Assembly: GCA_031385045.1 (NCBI GenBank)
Contig: JANNBC010000016.1
Span: 1-64,000, forward strand
Length of the DNA: 64,000 bases
Origin: a bacterium
Lineage (GTDB): Bacteria; Bdellovibrionota_C; UBA2361; CALJRW01
Direction: 5' to 3'
The first letter of the stretch is position 1. The number at the start of each line of letters is the position of its first letter. Position numbers and translations under genes: made by a program. Shown here piece after piece: positions 52,201 to 61,592 of the stretch. The notes below the pieces were generated by a model. That model was given only the letters and a program-made list of their open reading frames with translations. It was not told the origin of the DNA and searched no databases.

Positions 52201-53847
52201 ATGTCCTATCTGGTAATTGCTCGTAAGTATCGTCCAGAAGCATTCTCTGAAGTTAGTGGTCAGATTCATGTGACAAAAACACTGGCTAATGCGATTAATC
52301 GGAATAAGGTTGCCCATGCCTACCTCTTTTGTGGGCCTAGAGGAGTTGGTAAGACTTCCATCGCCCGTATATTTGCTAAATCTTTAAATTGTGAGCAGGG
52401 ACCAACTGCCACACCATGTTTAAAATGTAGTAACTGTACCGAAATCAAAGCAGGTAAGAGCCTAGCAGTGAGAGAAATTGACGGAGCCTCTCATAATAGT
52501 GTTGATGATGTAAGAGATTTAATTGATAATTTCAGAACACTACCACCTCCCAATTCAAAGCATAAGATTTATATCATCGATGAAGTGCACATGTTAAGCA
52601 CCGCCGCATTTAATGCTTTGCTAAAAAGCTTAGAAGAGCCACCACCAAATACTATCTTTATTTTAGCGACAACAGAAGCTCATAAGATTTTACCAACAGT
52701 GCTTTCTAGATGTCAGCGATTTGATTTACGTGCATTACCAATTGATGAAGTCCAATCCTGCTTACAGGCAATTTGCCGCGAAGAAAAAGTTAAGATTTCT
52801 GGCGAGTCTTTGCGGATGATTGCTCGCTTATCAGATGGATCGCTTCGCGATGCTCAGTCATTACTAGAACGGGTCTTAGCATTTTCCAATGATGATGTCT
52901 CACTTGATGATACGGCGCTAGCCCTTGGGACAGTAGGTAAAAATCAATTGCTACTACTTTCTCAAGCAATTTTTAATCGTGATGTAGAAACAGCCCTTGG
53001 TAAATTATCAGAAGTATTTTCTACCGGCCTTGATTCCAGTTTGTTCTTAAAAGAATTTGTAACTCATTGGCAGGAACTCTTAATTGCTAAGTTTGCTGGC
53101 AAGAAAGAACTAGTAGCGCTTGGCATCGAAGAAGATTGCCAGGCAGAATTACTAAGACAAGTGGAGTCTATTAATAAAAGTGATTTACAAGACTTGGTAG
53201 ATCTAGCAAGAAAAGGTGCCGATCAAGCACTCCGCAGTTCTTATCTAAAATTTTCTTTAGAAAGTTTAATTGTTCGTTTGGCAACAAGAGTTCCAATCTT
53301 AGATTTCGCAGAAGTCTTAAATACACTAAGTACTGGGCAGTCAGTTCAAAAAAAAAAGCCAGTAGCAATTCCTGAGATTAAAAATAAGCCAGAATTTATT
53401 CCGCAATCTCCGATTACTTCACCTGCTCCGACACTTGTTCCACAACCAACTCCTAGTGTTACTACCGAATATACCTGGAAAGATTTTATTGATTATGTTG
53501 GTAAGATTTCCCAACCATTAATGCTGGAGAGCCTAAAAAGAATTTCGGTAGAGCGGTTTGTGCACCCACAACTACAAGCTAGTGGTAATGACTTAAGTCT
53601 TAGGTACTTTAACAACCAAGCAAATATTATTAAGTTAAAAACAATCCTTAAGGATTTCACAAAACTTGATGACTGGCACATTAAGTTAACCTTAGCCCAA
53701 CAGGCAGATTATATTCCAGGCAGTGTTCAACACCAAGAAGCCAAAAGTCGCTTTAAGGATAAGCAAAATCGTATAGCTGAAATCTTAGAAGACCCTAACG
53801 TTAAAGCAATGAAAGAGCTTTTTCCTGGAAGTGAAATCGATCGATAA
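52201..53847 (+). CDS. dnaX: DNA polymerase III subunit gamma/tau
   Basis: ARKYRP, GPRGVGKTS, C..C..C Zn motif, IIDEVHML, LKSLEEPP, SRCQ. Confidence 0.97.
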   Translation: MSYLVIARKYRPEAFSEVSGQIHVTKTLANAINRNKVAHAYLFCGPRGVGKTSIARIFAKSLNCEQGPTATPCLKCSNCTEIKAGKSLAVREIDGASHNSVDDVRDLIDNFRTLPPPNSKHKIYIIDEVHMLSTAAFNALLKSLEEPPPNTIFILATTEAHKILPTVLSRCQRFDLRALPIDEVQSCLQAICREEKVKISGESLRMIARLSDGSLRDAQSLLERVLAFSNDDVSLDDTALALGTVGKNQLLLLSQAIFNRDVETALGKLSEVFSTGLDSSLFLKEFVTHWQELLIAKFAGKKELVALGIEEDCQAELLRQVESINKSDLQDLVDLARKGADQALRSSYLKFSLESLIVRLATRVPILDFAEVLNTLSTGQSVQKKKPVAIPEIKNKPEFIPQSPITSPAPTLVPQPTPSVTTEYTWKDFIDYVGKISQPLMLESLKRISVERFVHPQLQASGNDLSLRYFNNQANIIKLKTILKDFTKLDDWHIKLTLAQQADYIPGSVQHQEAKSRFKDKQNRIAEILEDPNVKAMKELFPGSEIDR

Positions 53848-53992
53848 ATTTACTGTTTTTCTATTAAATTTACACTTAATCAGTGGCATCTAGACTAGCC
53901 AAATTAATCCTACAGTGCTAAATTTTACTTACTGATGCAGGGCAAATTTTCTTTCTGCCATGCTTTAAATGATAATTTTTTTGGTACTAGTT

Positions 53993-54340
53993 ATGAACAA
54001 AGGAAGAGGTGGATTTCCAGGTGGTGGCGGTGGTGGAGTTGGTGATTTAATCAACCAAGCCAAGCAAATGCAAGCTAAATTAGAAGCTGCGCATGGTGAA
54101 GCACAACAATATTCTGAAGAAGGTCAGTCTGGTGGTGGAATGGTGAAAGTTGTTGCTAAAGGTGACAATAAGATCGTTAGCGTTACAATTAATCCAGAAG
54201 TGCTTGATCCCAATGATGTGGAAATGTTACAGGATATGATTTTAGCTGCAACTAATGATGCCTTAACAAAAGTTCAAGCCAAGGTTCAAGGTGTTCTAAC
54301 AAACATCACTGGCGGGATGAGCATTCCAGGGCTATTCTAA
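53993..54340 (+). CDS. ybaB: YbaB/EbfC nucleoid-associated protein
   Basis: QAKQMQ, GGGMVKV, D.EMLQD.ILAA.NDA, IPGLF; dnaX-ybaB-recR synteny. Confidence 0.93.
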   Translation: MNKGRGGFPGGGGGGVGDLINQAKQMQAKLEAAHGEAQQYSEEGQSGGGMVKVVAKGDNKIVSVTINPEVLDPNDVEMLQDMILAATNDALTKVQAKVQGVLTNITGGMSIPGLF

Positions 54341-54345
54341 ACTTA

Positions 54346-54942
54346 ATGCAGTATCTTCCTAAATCATTACAACGTTTAATTTCAGAATTAAACAAATTGC
54401 CAAGCGTCGGTGGTAAATCTGCCGCTCGCTTGGCTTATCACTTAATCAATTTCCCTCAGAACGCTGATGCCCTAGCCGCAGCCATGCGCGACGCCGCAGG
54501 TTCATTGCAACAATGTCAGCAATGTTATTTCATCACTGATGAAAAACTTTGTACTATTTGCAAAAGTACTAATCGAGATCATTCCGTAGTTTGTATTGTG
54601 GAAAAACCAGCCGATCTAATTGCCATTGAACAAGCTGGAGTTTTTCGTGGTTACTATCATGTCTTACACCAACTTTGGTCTCCAATTCGCGGACAAGGAT
54701 TAGATGCCATGCACTTATCCGAGCTAGTCGAGCGTGCTAAAAAAGAAGAAGTTACCGAAGTTATTATTGCAACTGGTGCTACCGTAGAAGGTGAAGCAAC
54801 CGCACTTTACTTAGCAAGATTGTTAACTGATAGTGGAATTAGAGCAACAAGATTAGCCCAAGGATTACCAAAGGGTGGAGATTTAGAATATCTTGATGAT
54901 GTAACTCTTTCCCGCGCCCTTTCTGGCCGTACGATAATTTAG
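54346..54942 (+). CDS. recR: Recombination protein RecR
   Basis: LPSVG.KSA.RLA, C4 zinc finger, EGEATA.Y, TRLA.GLP.GGDLEY.D. Confidence 0.96.
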   Translation: MQYLPKSLQRLISELNKLPSVGGKSAARLAYHLINFPQNADALAAAMRDAAGSLQQCQQCYFITDEKLCTICKSTNRDHSVVCIVEKPADLIAIEQAGVFRGYYHVLHQLWSPIRGQGLDAMHLSELVERAKKEEVTEVIIATGATVEGEATALYLARLLTDSGIRATRLAQGLPKGGDLEYLDDVTLSRALSGRTII

Positions 54943-54984
54943 TGTTGTTTCAATTAAATTTTTTATATTAAAGTAATAACACTA

Positions 54985-55044
54985 TCCACCGTAGCTAAAG
55001 CTTTGGTAAGACAAGTCCACCGTAGCCCATAGGGCGAAGGAGGA
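54985..55044. repeat. Tandem REP-like units
   Basis: TCCACCGTAGC occurs twice (54985, 55016), followed by GCTTTGG..ACAAG and GCGAAGGAGGA. Confidence 0.65.
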
Positions 55045-55169
55045 TTATAGGCTCAGATATAAGACAAGCTTTATTTAAGTAACTTAAATCACAAATAAAT
55101 CTACCTATTTTGTACCGGCAATCTCTTGACTTTAATTTATTTTAAGGTAAATTTTCAGTCCACAACTAT

Positions 55170-55242
55170 TCCCCGGTAGCTCAGTTGGTAGAGCAGTTGA
55201 CTGTTAATCAATTGGTCGTAGGTTCGAGTCCTTCCCGGGGAG
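55170..55242 (+). tRNA. tRNA-Asn (GTT), CCA not encoded
   Basis: TCCCCGG/CCGGGGA acceptor stem, D arm GCTC/GAGC, anticodon loop CTGTTAA, T loop TTCGAGT; TTGACT/TAAATT promoter upstream. Confidence 0.95.
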
Positions 55243-55260
55243 TTTCTTCCTTTTTTATGA

Positions 55261-55611
55261 CTAGAAAAAACTAACAGGATTTTGAGAGTCGAAATTATTT
55301 GGGAAAAGATTCTTTCTTGATTTAGTAAAATCTTGATTGATTTTTTGTTCTTGGATTGCAAGGACCATCGAAGCAACCTCAGGCAGCATATTCTTTAGGC
55401 TAATCTGATAAGTGGTTTTTAAGCTCTCAATAGCTGTAATAAACTGATGAGTAAAAGATCTGGATATAAAATTAATATCTGTAAAATCAATAATAATTTG
55501 TTTTTTTGAGTCTGATTGAGAAAGGATTTCTTGAAGGATTAGATCTGTAGTTGTTCTAAGTGCAACCTGACTGGAATTTAGTAAATTCTTTAAGTAAATT
55601 GTTCTTTCCAT
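55261..55611 (-). CDS. STAS-like (DUF4325-type) protein
   Basis: IIIDFTDINFISRSFTHQF motif; downstream of the HATPase gene. Confidence 0.75.
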   Translation of the reverse strand: MERTIYLKNLLNSSQVALRTTTDLILQEILSQSDSKKQIIIDFTDINFISRSFTHQFITAIESLKTTYQISLKNMLPEVASMVLAIQEQKINQDFTKSRKNLFPNNFDSQNPVSFF

Positions 55612-55664
55612 ATTGTTTATAATACTTCTTCTAAATAAAATTCGCTAGATAAATATATAATGAG

Positions 55665-56531
55665 CTATTTGGATATATATTTTAGTATATCGACTCTCGT
55701 TGTTGGGCGCATTAGCCTAGCACTAATTATTGTCCCCTGCCAATTAATCGGTATTGTTCCAAGTTTTGGTTCTACTATATTTGAAGAATTATGATAGCAA
55801 GCATTCCCGCTAATCAGTGTAAATTCGCCTTGAAGTTCACTCGAGCAGAAAAGATTAATATTCGTCCCAATTCCGTATCCACGTTCATTTGGTGTTTCTA
55901 ATTTAGAGGATTTGCCCTCAATCGCTTGACTCAAAGCATCGTAATGACTTGAGGTTCCAATTCCTCGCCGATCGTAACACCCTTTAAGACCAAGCCCATC
56001 GTCTAACAAGCAAATTTCAAGTTCTCCGCGAGTTGGCCAAAATTGACTGAAAATCCAAAAGTTTTCTGCTTCGGAATGTTGGATAACATTATCGCAAAGT
56101 TCAGAAATCAAGTATGAGATTGACCCTCGATAGTTTTCGCTGACTTCTTGATTCCTTTTAAGATATTCAATAATGAAATGATCATATTCTGTTGAGATTC
56201 TCTCGATCAGGTTGATCCGATTCATTTCTGGTTTAATTAAATTGACATGGCAAATAGGCATTTGATTTTTATTGTCATCGGCGATTGGAGTTGTTGTACC
56301 TTCTGGAAAAAATATTGACGATAAAGAATTAGGAGTATTGAGGGATATATTGCAGTTTTCACTGAGTTTCGTAATTTTAGCAGCTATAGGAAGTATGGTA
56401 AGAGGGGTTAGATAATGAATTTCTGATAAATCAATATTACTAGCAAACTCTTCCAGTGTTTTGAGATTATTGACAAGCTCTTGTATTCTTTGAATGGGGT
56501 CTCTTTCTTGGGTTAATGATAGCTTGATCAT
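55665..56531 (-). CDS. Histidine-kinase-like ATPase (GHKL) with N-terminal STAS-like region
   Basis: N box ELCDNVIQHS, G1 DDGLG, G2 ERGYGI, WQGT; no H-box/DHp or sensor domain; likely start ATG 56531. Confidence 0.8.
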   Translation of the reverse strand: MIKLSLTQERDPIQRIQELVNNLKTLEEFASNIDLSEIHYLTPLTILPIAAKITKLSENCNISLNTPNSLSSIFFPEGTTTPIADDNKNQMPICHVNLIKPEMNRINLIERISTEYDHFIIEYLKRNQEVSENYRGSISYLISELCDNVIQHSEAENFWIFSQFWPTRGELEICLLDDGLGLKGCYDRRGIGTSSHYDALSQAIEGKSSKLETPNERGYGIGTNINLFCSSELQGEFTLISGNACYHNSSNIVEPKLGTIPINWQGTIISARLMRPTTRVDILKYISK

Positions 56532-56597
56532 GTTAGAAAGCTTAAGCGTCAAAATAGGTAAAGTAAAGTGGTTTTTAGTTGAAATGCTTGTTCTTAT

Positions 56598-56960
56598 TTA
56601 GAGCGCTAGGTTTCGAAGCTCGACCGCCACGGGGAGTTTCTTTCTACCGTCTTTTCAGCCAAGCTTTTCATTGAATGGCGCACTCACTGAAAAGCCTAGC
56701 TTTTTATCTCTTAATGTTGTGTTCTGAATTAGATAATTAATAAAAGTCCTCTTTTCACTTATCTCAGAACTTTCAAAAATACGCTTAGCTCTTTTTGCTA
56801 AAGAAAAGACAGTGTTTGCAGTTAATAAGTAGTCCTGATCAGCCTTAGTAAAGATTTCAATCTCAATGTTTAATTTTTGTTGATTAGATTTTAACTGGTA
56901 CAGTTTTATTTCATAGTCTTCCTTAGCAATGCTCCAGTTTAAGAGTCTATCGTTAGACAC
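56598..56960 (-). pseudogene. C-terminal remnant of a large serine recombinase
   Basis: SLAKRAKRIFESSEISEKRTFINYLIQNTTLRDKKL..SAPF resembles an LSR tail; past the TGA at 56655 the frame continues KDGRKKLPVAVELRNLAL* through the att repeat. Confidence 0.75.
56606..56640 (+). repeat. att-like repeat 1
   Basis: CTAGGTTTCGAAGCTCGACCGCCACGGGGAGTTTC; CGGGGAGTTTCTT is shared with the tRNA 3' end (55236-55248). Confidence 0.85.
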
Positions 56961-57069
56961 ATCATCATTAATGGTATCACCTAGCCAGACGTAAAGTCCA
57001 GGTTGATCATAGGATAAAAGTTTGCCCTACAATGTTTTTTGTAATGAGCCCCAGATTTTATAAATCTTA

Positions 57070-58224
57070 CTACTCAGCTACAATTTTGTTTATCAACTTC
57101 TTAAGTGCTCTAAGTGCTTTTGACTTAAGTGGAACGAAATTACTTTCGGATCGTTTTGCCGCAAGTGCCGCAGCATTAACTGCTTTGACAGCAAGTTCGC
57201 TCGAAAGAATTAATTCATCTACAGTTTTATCTGTTCTTAAAGCTAGCTCGCCAGCAAAAGTATCGACATGACTATCGGCAAGTTGCGTGGCACTTTTAGC
57301 TGCTTTTCCACCTTTGCCTACAGATAGTTTTTTTGTTTTATTAATCGCATCACTGACCAATGCTCGATAATCTGCTTGGCAATCGGTGAATCCAAAATTT
57401 GCGATAGTCGCTTTAACCTCAGAGGTTAAATCCCCAAAAAGATTGGCGGCATTTACTGTTGTCATTGAGCTAAAAACAGCAGCTCCTGTTGCGGCAAGCT
57501 CATTTGTTGAATTCAATTGAACAAATGAAGCGAGGCGCTTAGTTTCACCTGGTGCGAGCTTGAATGTGAATCTTGTAATAAGATTATCGGAGATTTGTAT
57601 CGCAAGATCTGTCCTACTAGATAGACAACTTGGCCCTTGAGCGATAAAAGCGACAGCTGGATCACTTGGGGTAGTTGGATTATCACTTGTTACAATCCAA
57701 CTATCATTATTAAAAAAACTTGTATCGCCGGAACTGCTGTATCTTTTTGCCGTACTTTCATCAGATCCAAGGTTGCCATAGATAAAGACTTCTGCAGTTC
57801 TAGCTACGGCGGTAGGATTTTCAATCGCAACTAAGAGTCGTGCTGTTGGAGAACCTCCAACGAGGTTACTAAAAAATAGGTATTGCCCTGTTACATTTAA
57901 ACCGTCAATTGCTATTTTTTCAGCAGTAATAGCTGTTCCAAATGGGTTACCTTCCACTGAAATGTTAGACTGATCTGCAGAACTACTTGGTATGTAGTCA
58001 ACATTATTAACGGTCACTAAAAAGAACTCATCGAAGGCATCAGAATGACTGGGAATGCTTGCATCGCCAATATTGAAAGCTGGATTAAAATCAATTGAGG
58101 TCCATGTCGCCCCAGCCTCATTAACGGAGTCAACGGGCAATGATATTGGAGTGGCACTAGCAATTGAGCTAATCATTAGCACTGCTAATAGACCTTTAAT
58201 TTTGATAGCGGTTTTAATCTTCAT
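57070..58224 (-). CDS. Secreted beta-rich protein with an Ala/Lys-rich helical C-terminus
   Basis: GAGG RBS, signal peptide, SDAFD motif. Confidence 0.8.
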   Translation of the reverse strand: MKIKTAIKIKGLLAVLMISSIASATPISLPVDSVNEAGATWTSIDFNPAFNIGDASIPSHSDAFDEFFLVTVNNVDYIPSSSADQSNISVEGNPFGTAITAEKIAIDGLNVTGQYLFFSNLVGGSPTARLLVAIENPTAVARTAEVFIYGNLGSDESTAKRYSSSGDTSFFNNDSWIVTSDNPTTPSDPAVAFIAQGPSCLSSRTDLAIQISDNLITRFTFKLAPGETKRLASFVQLNSTNELAATGAAVFSSMTTVNAANLFGDLTSEVKATIANFGFTDCQADYRALVSDAINKTKKLSVGKGGKAAKSATQLADSHVDTFAGELALRTDKTVDELILSSELAVKAVNAAALAAKRSESNFVPLKSKALRALKKLINKIVAE

Positions 58225-58584
58225 ATTTTCCTCAATTAACATTGATTGACAAAATGGGAATAACTAATCTGACCTTCGCCACATTTCTGGACAGGAGTCT
58301 CTCGGTTATTGACCAGCATAAATTAACTTAAATTTATATGGACTACAATCCCCAACAGACGAATGGATTCTTGTAGTAATATAGAAGTTTTCTATCAACC
58401 AGTAATAGCTGAACCATACGACAACATCAAGTAAAATTTTTTTTGATAAATAAGTGTTGAAACTAGAGCTAGGTGACTTTTTTAACTATCTTGTCATATT
58501 TTATCTAGAGTCAGGCAACTTTTGCGTAGCAATTTCTTAATTCATAATCACTTTAGTTCCTAAGCAACAATTTCTAAAAATTAT

Positions 58585-58827
58585 CGATAAATCATAATAA
58601 AATTTTATGATAATTTAACTATGGAGATAATCAAAAAATACCTATAATCTATCTAAGTTTTTGATATCAGCAAAGTTTAGACAAGAGATCCTAACTTCAA
58701 ATCTCAGTTATGTCCTAAGCAGAAATGGATAGGCAGAGTATGTGGTGCATAATCTAGAAGCTTTCCAACGGCTTTATGGGCTAGCAGATTATGCAAGAAT
58801 TCGAATTGAGTCAGAGCGAACTGATTA
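58585..58827 (+). pseudogene. Decayed Phd/YefM-type antitoxin with palindromic operator
   Basis: With one frameshift reads MEIIKNTYNLSKF..FRQEILTSNLSYVLSRNG*AEYVVHNLEAFQRLYGLADY; TCATAA-N7-TTATGA upstream. Confidence 0.6.
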
Positions 58828-58941
58828 ACTAAGGAAGAGAAGCCAGATAACTGAGTAGGCTTTTTTAAAAAACTAGCCTGGTTTTAGTTTAAAAAGTTGA
58901 AAGATAGTTTTCTTGCAGAGAAACTTTAATCTTACCCCAAT

Positions 58942-58976
58942 CAAGAGTCCTGAACTCTTTCAACTTGGGGAGTTTC
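58942..58976 (+). repeat. att-like repeat 2 (divergent arm)
   Basis: GGGGAGTTTC core; the minus strand reads KLPKLKEFRTL, in the same register as KLPVAVELRNL; about 21/35 identical to repeat 1. Confidence 0.6.
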
Positions 58977-59232
58977 CCTTTTCTAGTCAGATTCTGAATT
59001 TCATAAATGTCTTTAGTCAATTTGAGTAAGCTTCTAACATAATTTGAGTAGAAAGTGACCTGACTCTATTTGTAAGTAACGAGCTTAGTAAAAATATTGG
59101 ATGGGAATCCCTATCAACACTACAGGTGAATTTCTTCAAATTCATCAGGACTATAATGCCCCAACAAAGAATTCAATTTAAGGGTATTTTTATCCAGCAA
59201 AATAGTAAAGTTCACTTTTAAAATGTTAGGAG

Positions 59233-59598
59233 TTATTCTAGTTTGCCTAATGCATACTGCATACCCGCCGCAAATCCTCCCATCGCAACTAATGATAGGC
59301 TCATTAATCCCAATAGTTTTGCCACAGCTACAGACTTTACTGCAATCGTGTCATGAGAATGAAACTTCATCGATTTCATAAAGTCAGTCACAGTGTCGCC
59401 CGTTTTTGGGGTCAAATTACTGTTAGTATGCAAGTCGGCAGAACGCTCTTTACTTGAACCACCACTCCTGGAATATTTAGCAATATTTTCTGGGCTAGAA
59501 GGACTTCCCATTCCAGGTGGCAGGGCATTAGCGTTGCCTATTCCAAACGAGGCAGCGGCCAATCCTGTTAATAATAGTGATTTTTGAGTTTTTAGCAT
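59233..59598 (-). CDS. Small exported protein with a C-terminal TM
   Basis: Signal-like N-terminus (ANA cleavage site), hydrophobic C-terminus. Confidence 0.6.
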   Translation of the reverse strand: MLKTQKSLLLTGLAAASFGIGNANALPPGMGSPSSPENIAKYSRSGGSSKERSADLHTNSNLTPKTGDTVTDFMKSMKFHSHDTIAVKSVAVAKLLGLMSLSLVAMGGFAAGMQYALGKLE

Positions 59599-59776
59599 TT
59601 AATCATCTTTTTTGAATATTATTATACAGGGTTATGTAGCTACTCTCCTCTGGTGTGATATGAATTATTTACCGTAATATTATTAAATGTTGAGTATTTG
59701 TATGTGTGAATTTTTAACGTAAATTTTGATAGGCTACTAACTTCTTCCAGATAAGTATTTGCGATAGTCTTTAACT

Positions 59777-59811
59777 CTAAGTTTCGAAGCTTGACCGCTA
59801 AGGGGAGTTTT
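59777..59811 (+). repeat. att-like repeat 3
   Basis: CTAAGTTTCGAAGCTTGACCGCTAAGGGGAGTTTT; 30/35 identical to repeat 1. Confidence 0.85.
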
Positions 59812-59967
59812 TTACTACTCAGCATTCTGACAGAGTCCAAGTTCCTATAGTTTTTAAAATATAATAGTAGAATTGAATTGATGTCTATTGATTGCTTCTT
59901 CGCAATAACTCGATAAAGCTACTCAGCCCCATTTTAAATCTTGAGGAATTTAGTTGAAGAAGGTTTA

Positions 59968-60510
59968 TTATTCCTTTAAGGACTGGAACCCTAATTTTCT
60001 TTTTTTAGTTTCAATCGGTTGTTCAAGCTGGGAGATCACAAATCTGATCTCCTGTAATTCCTCGCTATGTTCTGAGAATCCTTTGGAGACTTTTTGTTCA
60101 AGTGCCTGTAACCGTTGTTTCAAATCAGTGTGTTCCTGTGCAACTTCCTTTAGTTTGAAAAAACTCGAACTAACATAATGCTAGCTTGAATTGCGATCTT
60201 ACTGTTTAGCACATTAGCAGCCATAACTGCTCCATATTCAGTAAAGACTCTTGGAGATTTCCTTCTTCCGCCGTGGGCATAACTTGAAGTCGCAATTTGC
60301 GACTTCAAGTCTGTAACTTCTTGAATATTAAGAGAAAACATAAAGTCAGAGGGGAATCTTTCCAAGTTTCTAGTAACCTGTTCATTTAGGCGTTTTGTGT
60401 TGACACCATAAAGATCCGCCAAGTCGCTATCTAAAATAACCCTTTGACCTTTAATTATAATAATTCTTGATTCAATCTCTTTAGTAAGTTTAAGTTTTGG
60501 TCTGGAACAA
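59968..60510 (-). pseudogene. ORF6N (KilA-N-like) DNA-binding protein, frameshifted
   Basis: IKGQRVILDSDLADLYGV.TKRLNEQV.RN.ERFP.DFMF..HGGRRK.P.VFTEYG; frameshift in the T6 run at 60158-60163; continues ..KRKLGF; start lost. Confidence 0.85.
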
Positions 60511-60757
60511 CCCTACATGGCTTTAACTGCTTTACTGATACCAATTGCTACTATGATCATGATTAAAAAAGTGAAACCCACTTAGTTCAAAGTAGGAATA
60601 TTCTCTGAGAAGAATTTTATGTTACTTGTTCCATCTTTCCCTCTTGTGCCACCCAACTCTAGTTCTAAGAGTAGCCGGTCTCTCTCGCCACCATTAACTT
60701 CTCAGTCCTTAGGTCAATGAATGTAAAAGACAGGCTACTTACTTATTGAAAACTAGT

Positions 60758-61348
60758 TTAAAAAACTGCAGCTGGAGTTTGCGTCATTGCCCAAGTTCCC
60801 CAAGCATAAAAATTAACACCATTTGTTTCATTGTAACCATATAGCGCTCCACCATAAATTGAGGATGTCGATATGTCACCAGTCCCAGCATCAATAGCGT
60901 TATATAAGAAATACCTGTCCTCAAATTGTGTATCTAGATTATCTGCCAGAGTTTCATAGATACACAAGACTCCTTCTGGGGCAGTTGGGTTACTGAACGA
61001 ACCAGTGCAGGTAGCATTCCAGGTATCTTTTTTTACAAAGACAACGGAACTTGGGGCTGTTTGTAGCTTAACGGGAAAGGAGATTTGTGCAGCAGCATAA
61101 TTTTCGGCGGTTCCACCTGATAGATTCCAAACGCCAGTTTGAGTTACAGGAGCTTTATTTAAATCTGTTAAGGAAGAATAGCCTGTTGGACAACTTGAGC
61201 TTTCTATGGTGATGAGCTTTGGTGTTTTTATATTTACCTTGCCATTAACTACGCTAGCCTTTTTAGAATTTTTAAGGCAGATAATTTCTGCTTGCAAATT
61301 GCTGGCTAGAAGAAACAATCCTAAAGTAAGTAACGCTAAATTTTTCAT
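60758..61348 (-). CDS. Secreted protein, paralog of 61834-62412
   Basis: Signal peptide; WNL.G, ISFP, CTGS...PTAP.GVLCIYE, GTWA. Confidence 0.8.
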   Translation of the reverse strand: MKNLALLTLGLFLLASNLQAEIICLKNSKKASVVNGKVNIKTPKLITIESSSCPTGYSSLTDLNKAPVTQTGVWNLSGGTAENYAAAQISFPVKLQTAPSSVVFVKKDTWNATCTGSFSNPTAPEGVLCIYETLADNLDTQFEDRYFLYNAIDAGTGDISTSSIYGGALYGYNETNGVNFYAWGTWAMTQTPAAVF

Positions 61349-61592
61349 TTTTATTTTCAAGAGTAAAAGATTGAGAGTTTTGGGTTATGCCCAAATTTTT
61401 TCAGATTAGATGATAGAAATATGAAAGTAAACAAATAAGTATCTTGCCCTAAGTTAGAGGGTAGGAGTGGAAAACCACTTTGCCAAGATGGCTGTGAGAG
61501 TCAGGTAACTTATTACTAGAAATGCCAATCCAGCTTTTAATGAGTTTTATCAGATATTGGGACCCCCTAGAATGAATATCTGGGCTAGGATT

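Noticed and set aside
55155..55376. 73-aa minus-strand ORF
   Set aside because: Antisense of the tRNA and out of frame within the STAS gene
56655..56657. TGA readthrough or alternative genetic code
   Set aside because: Other genes end normally at TGA and the gene is already 5'-deleted; ordinary decay
2550..59587. Numerous short shadow ORFs inside well-supported genes (e.g. 2550, 3778, 12894, 17949, 20228, 26167, 31293, 40007, 41588, 43907, 47804, 53171, 57032, 59393)
   Set aside because: Antisense or off-frame to clear genes, with no independent signals
59640..59840. 66-aa minus-strand ORF
   Set aside because: Reads through att repeat 3; no credible start or protein features
59968..60510. 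Prophage
   Set aside because: Only an ORF6N relic; no structural, packaging or replication genes
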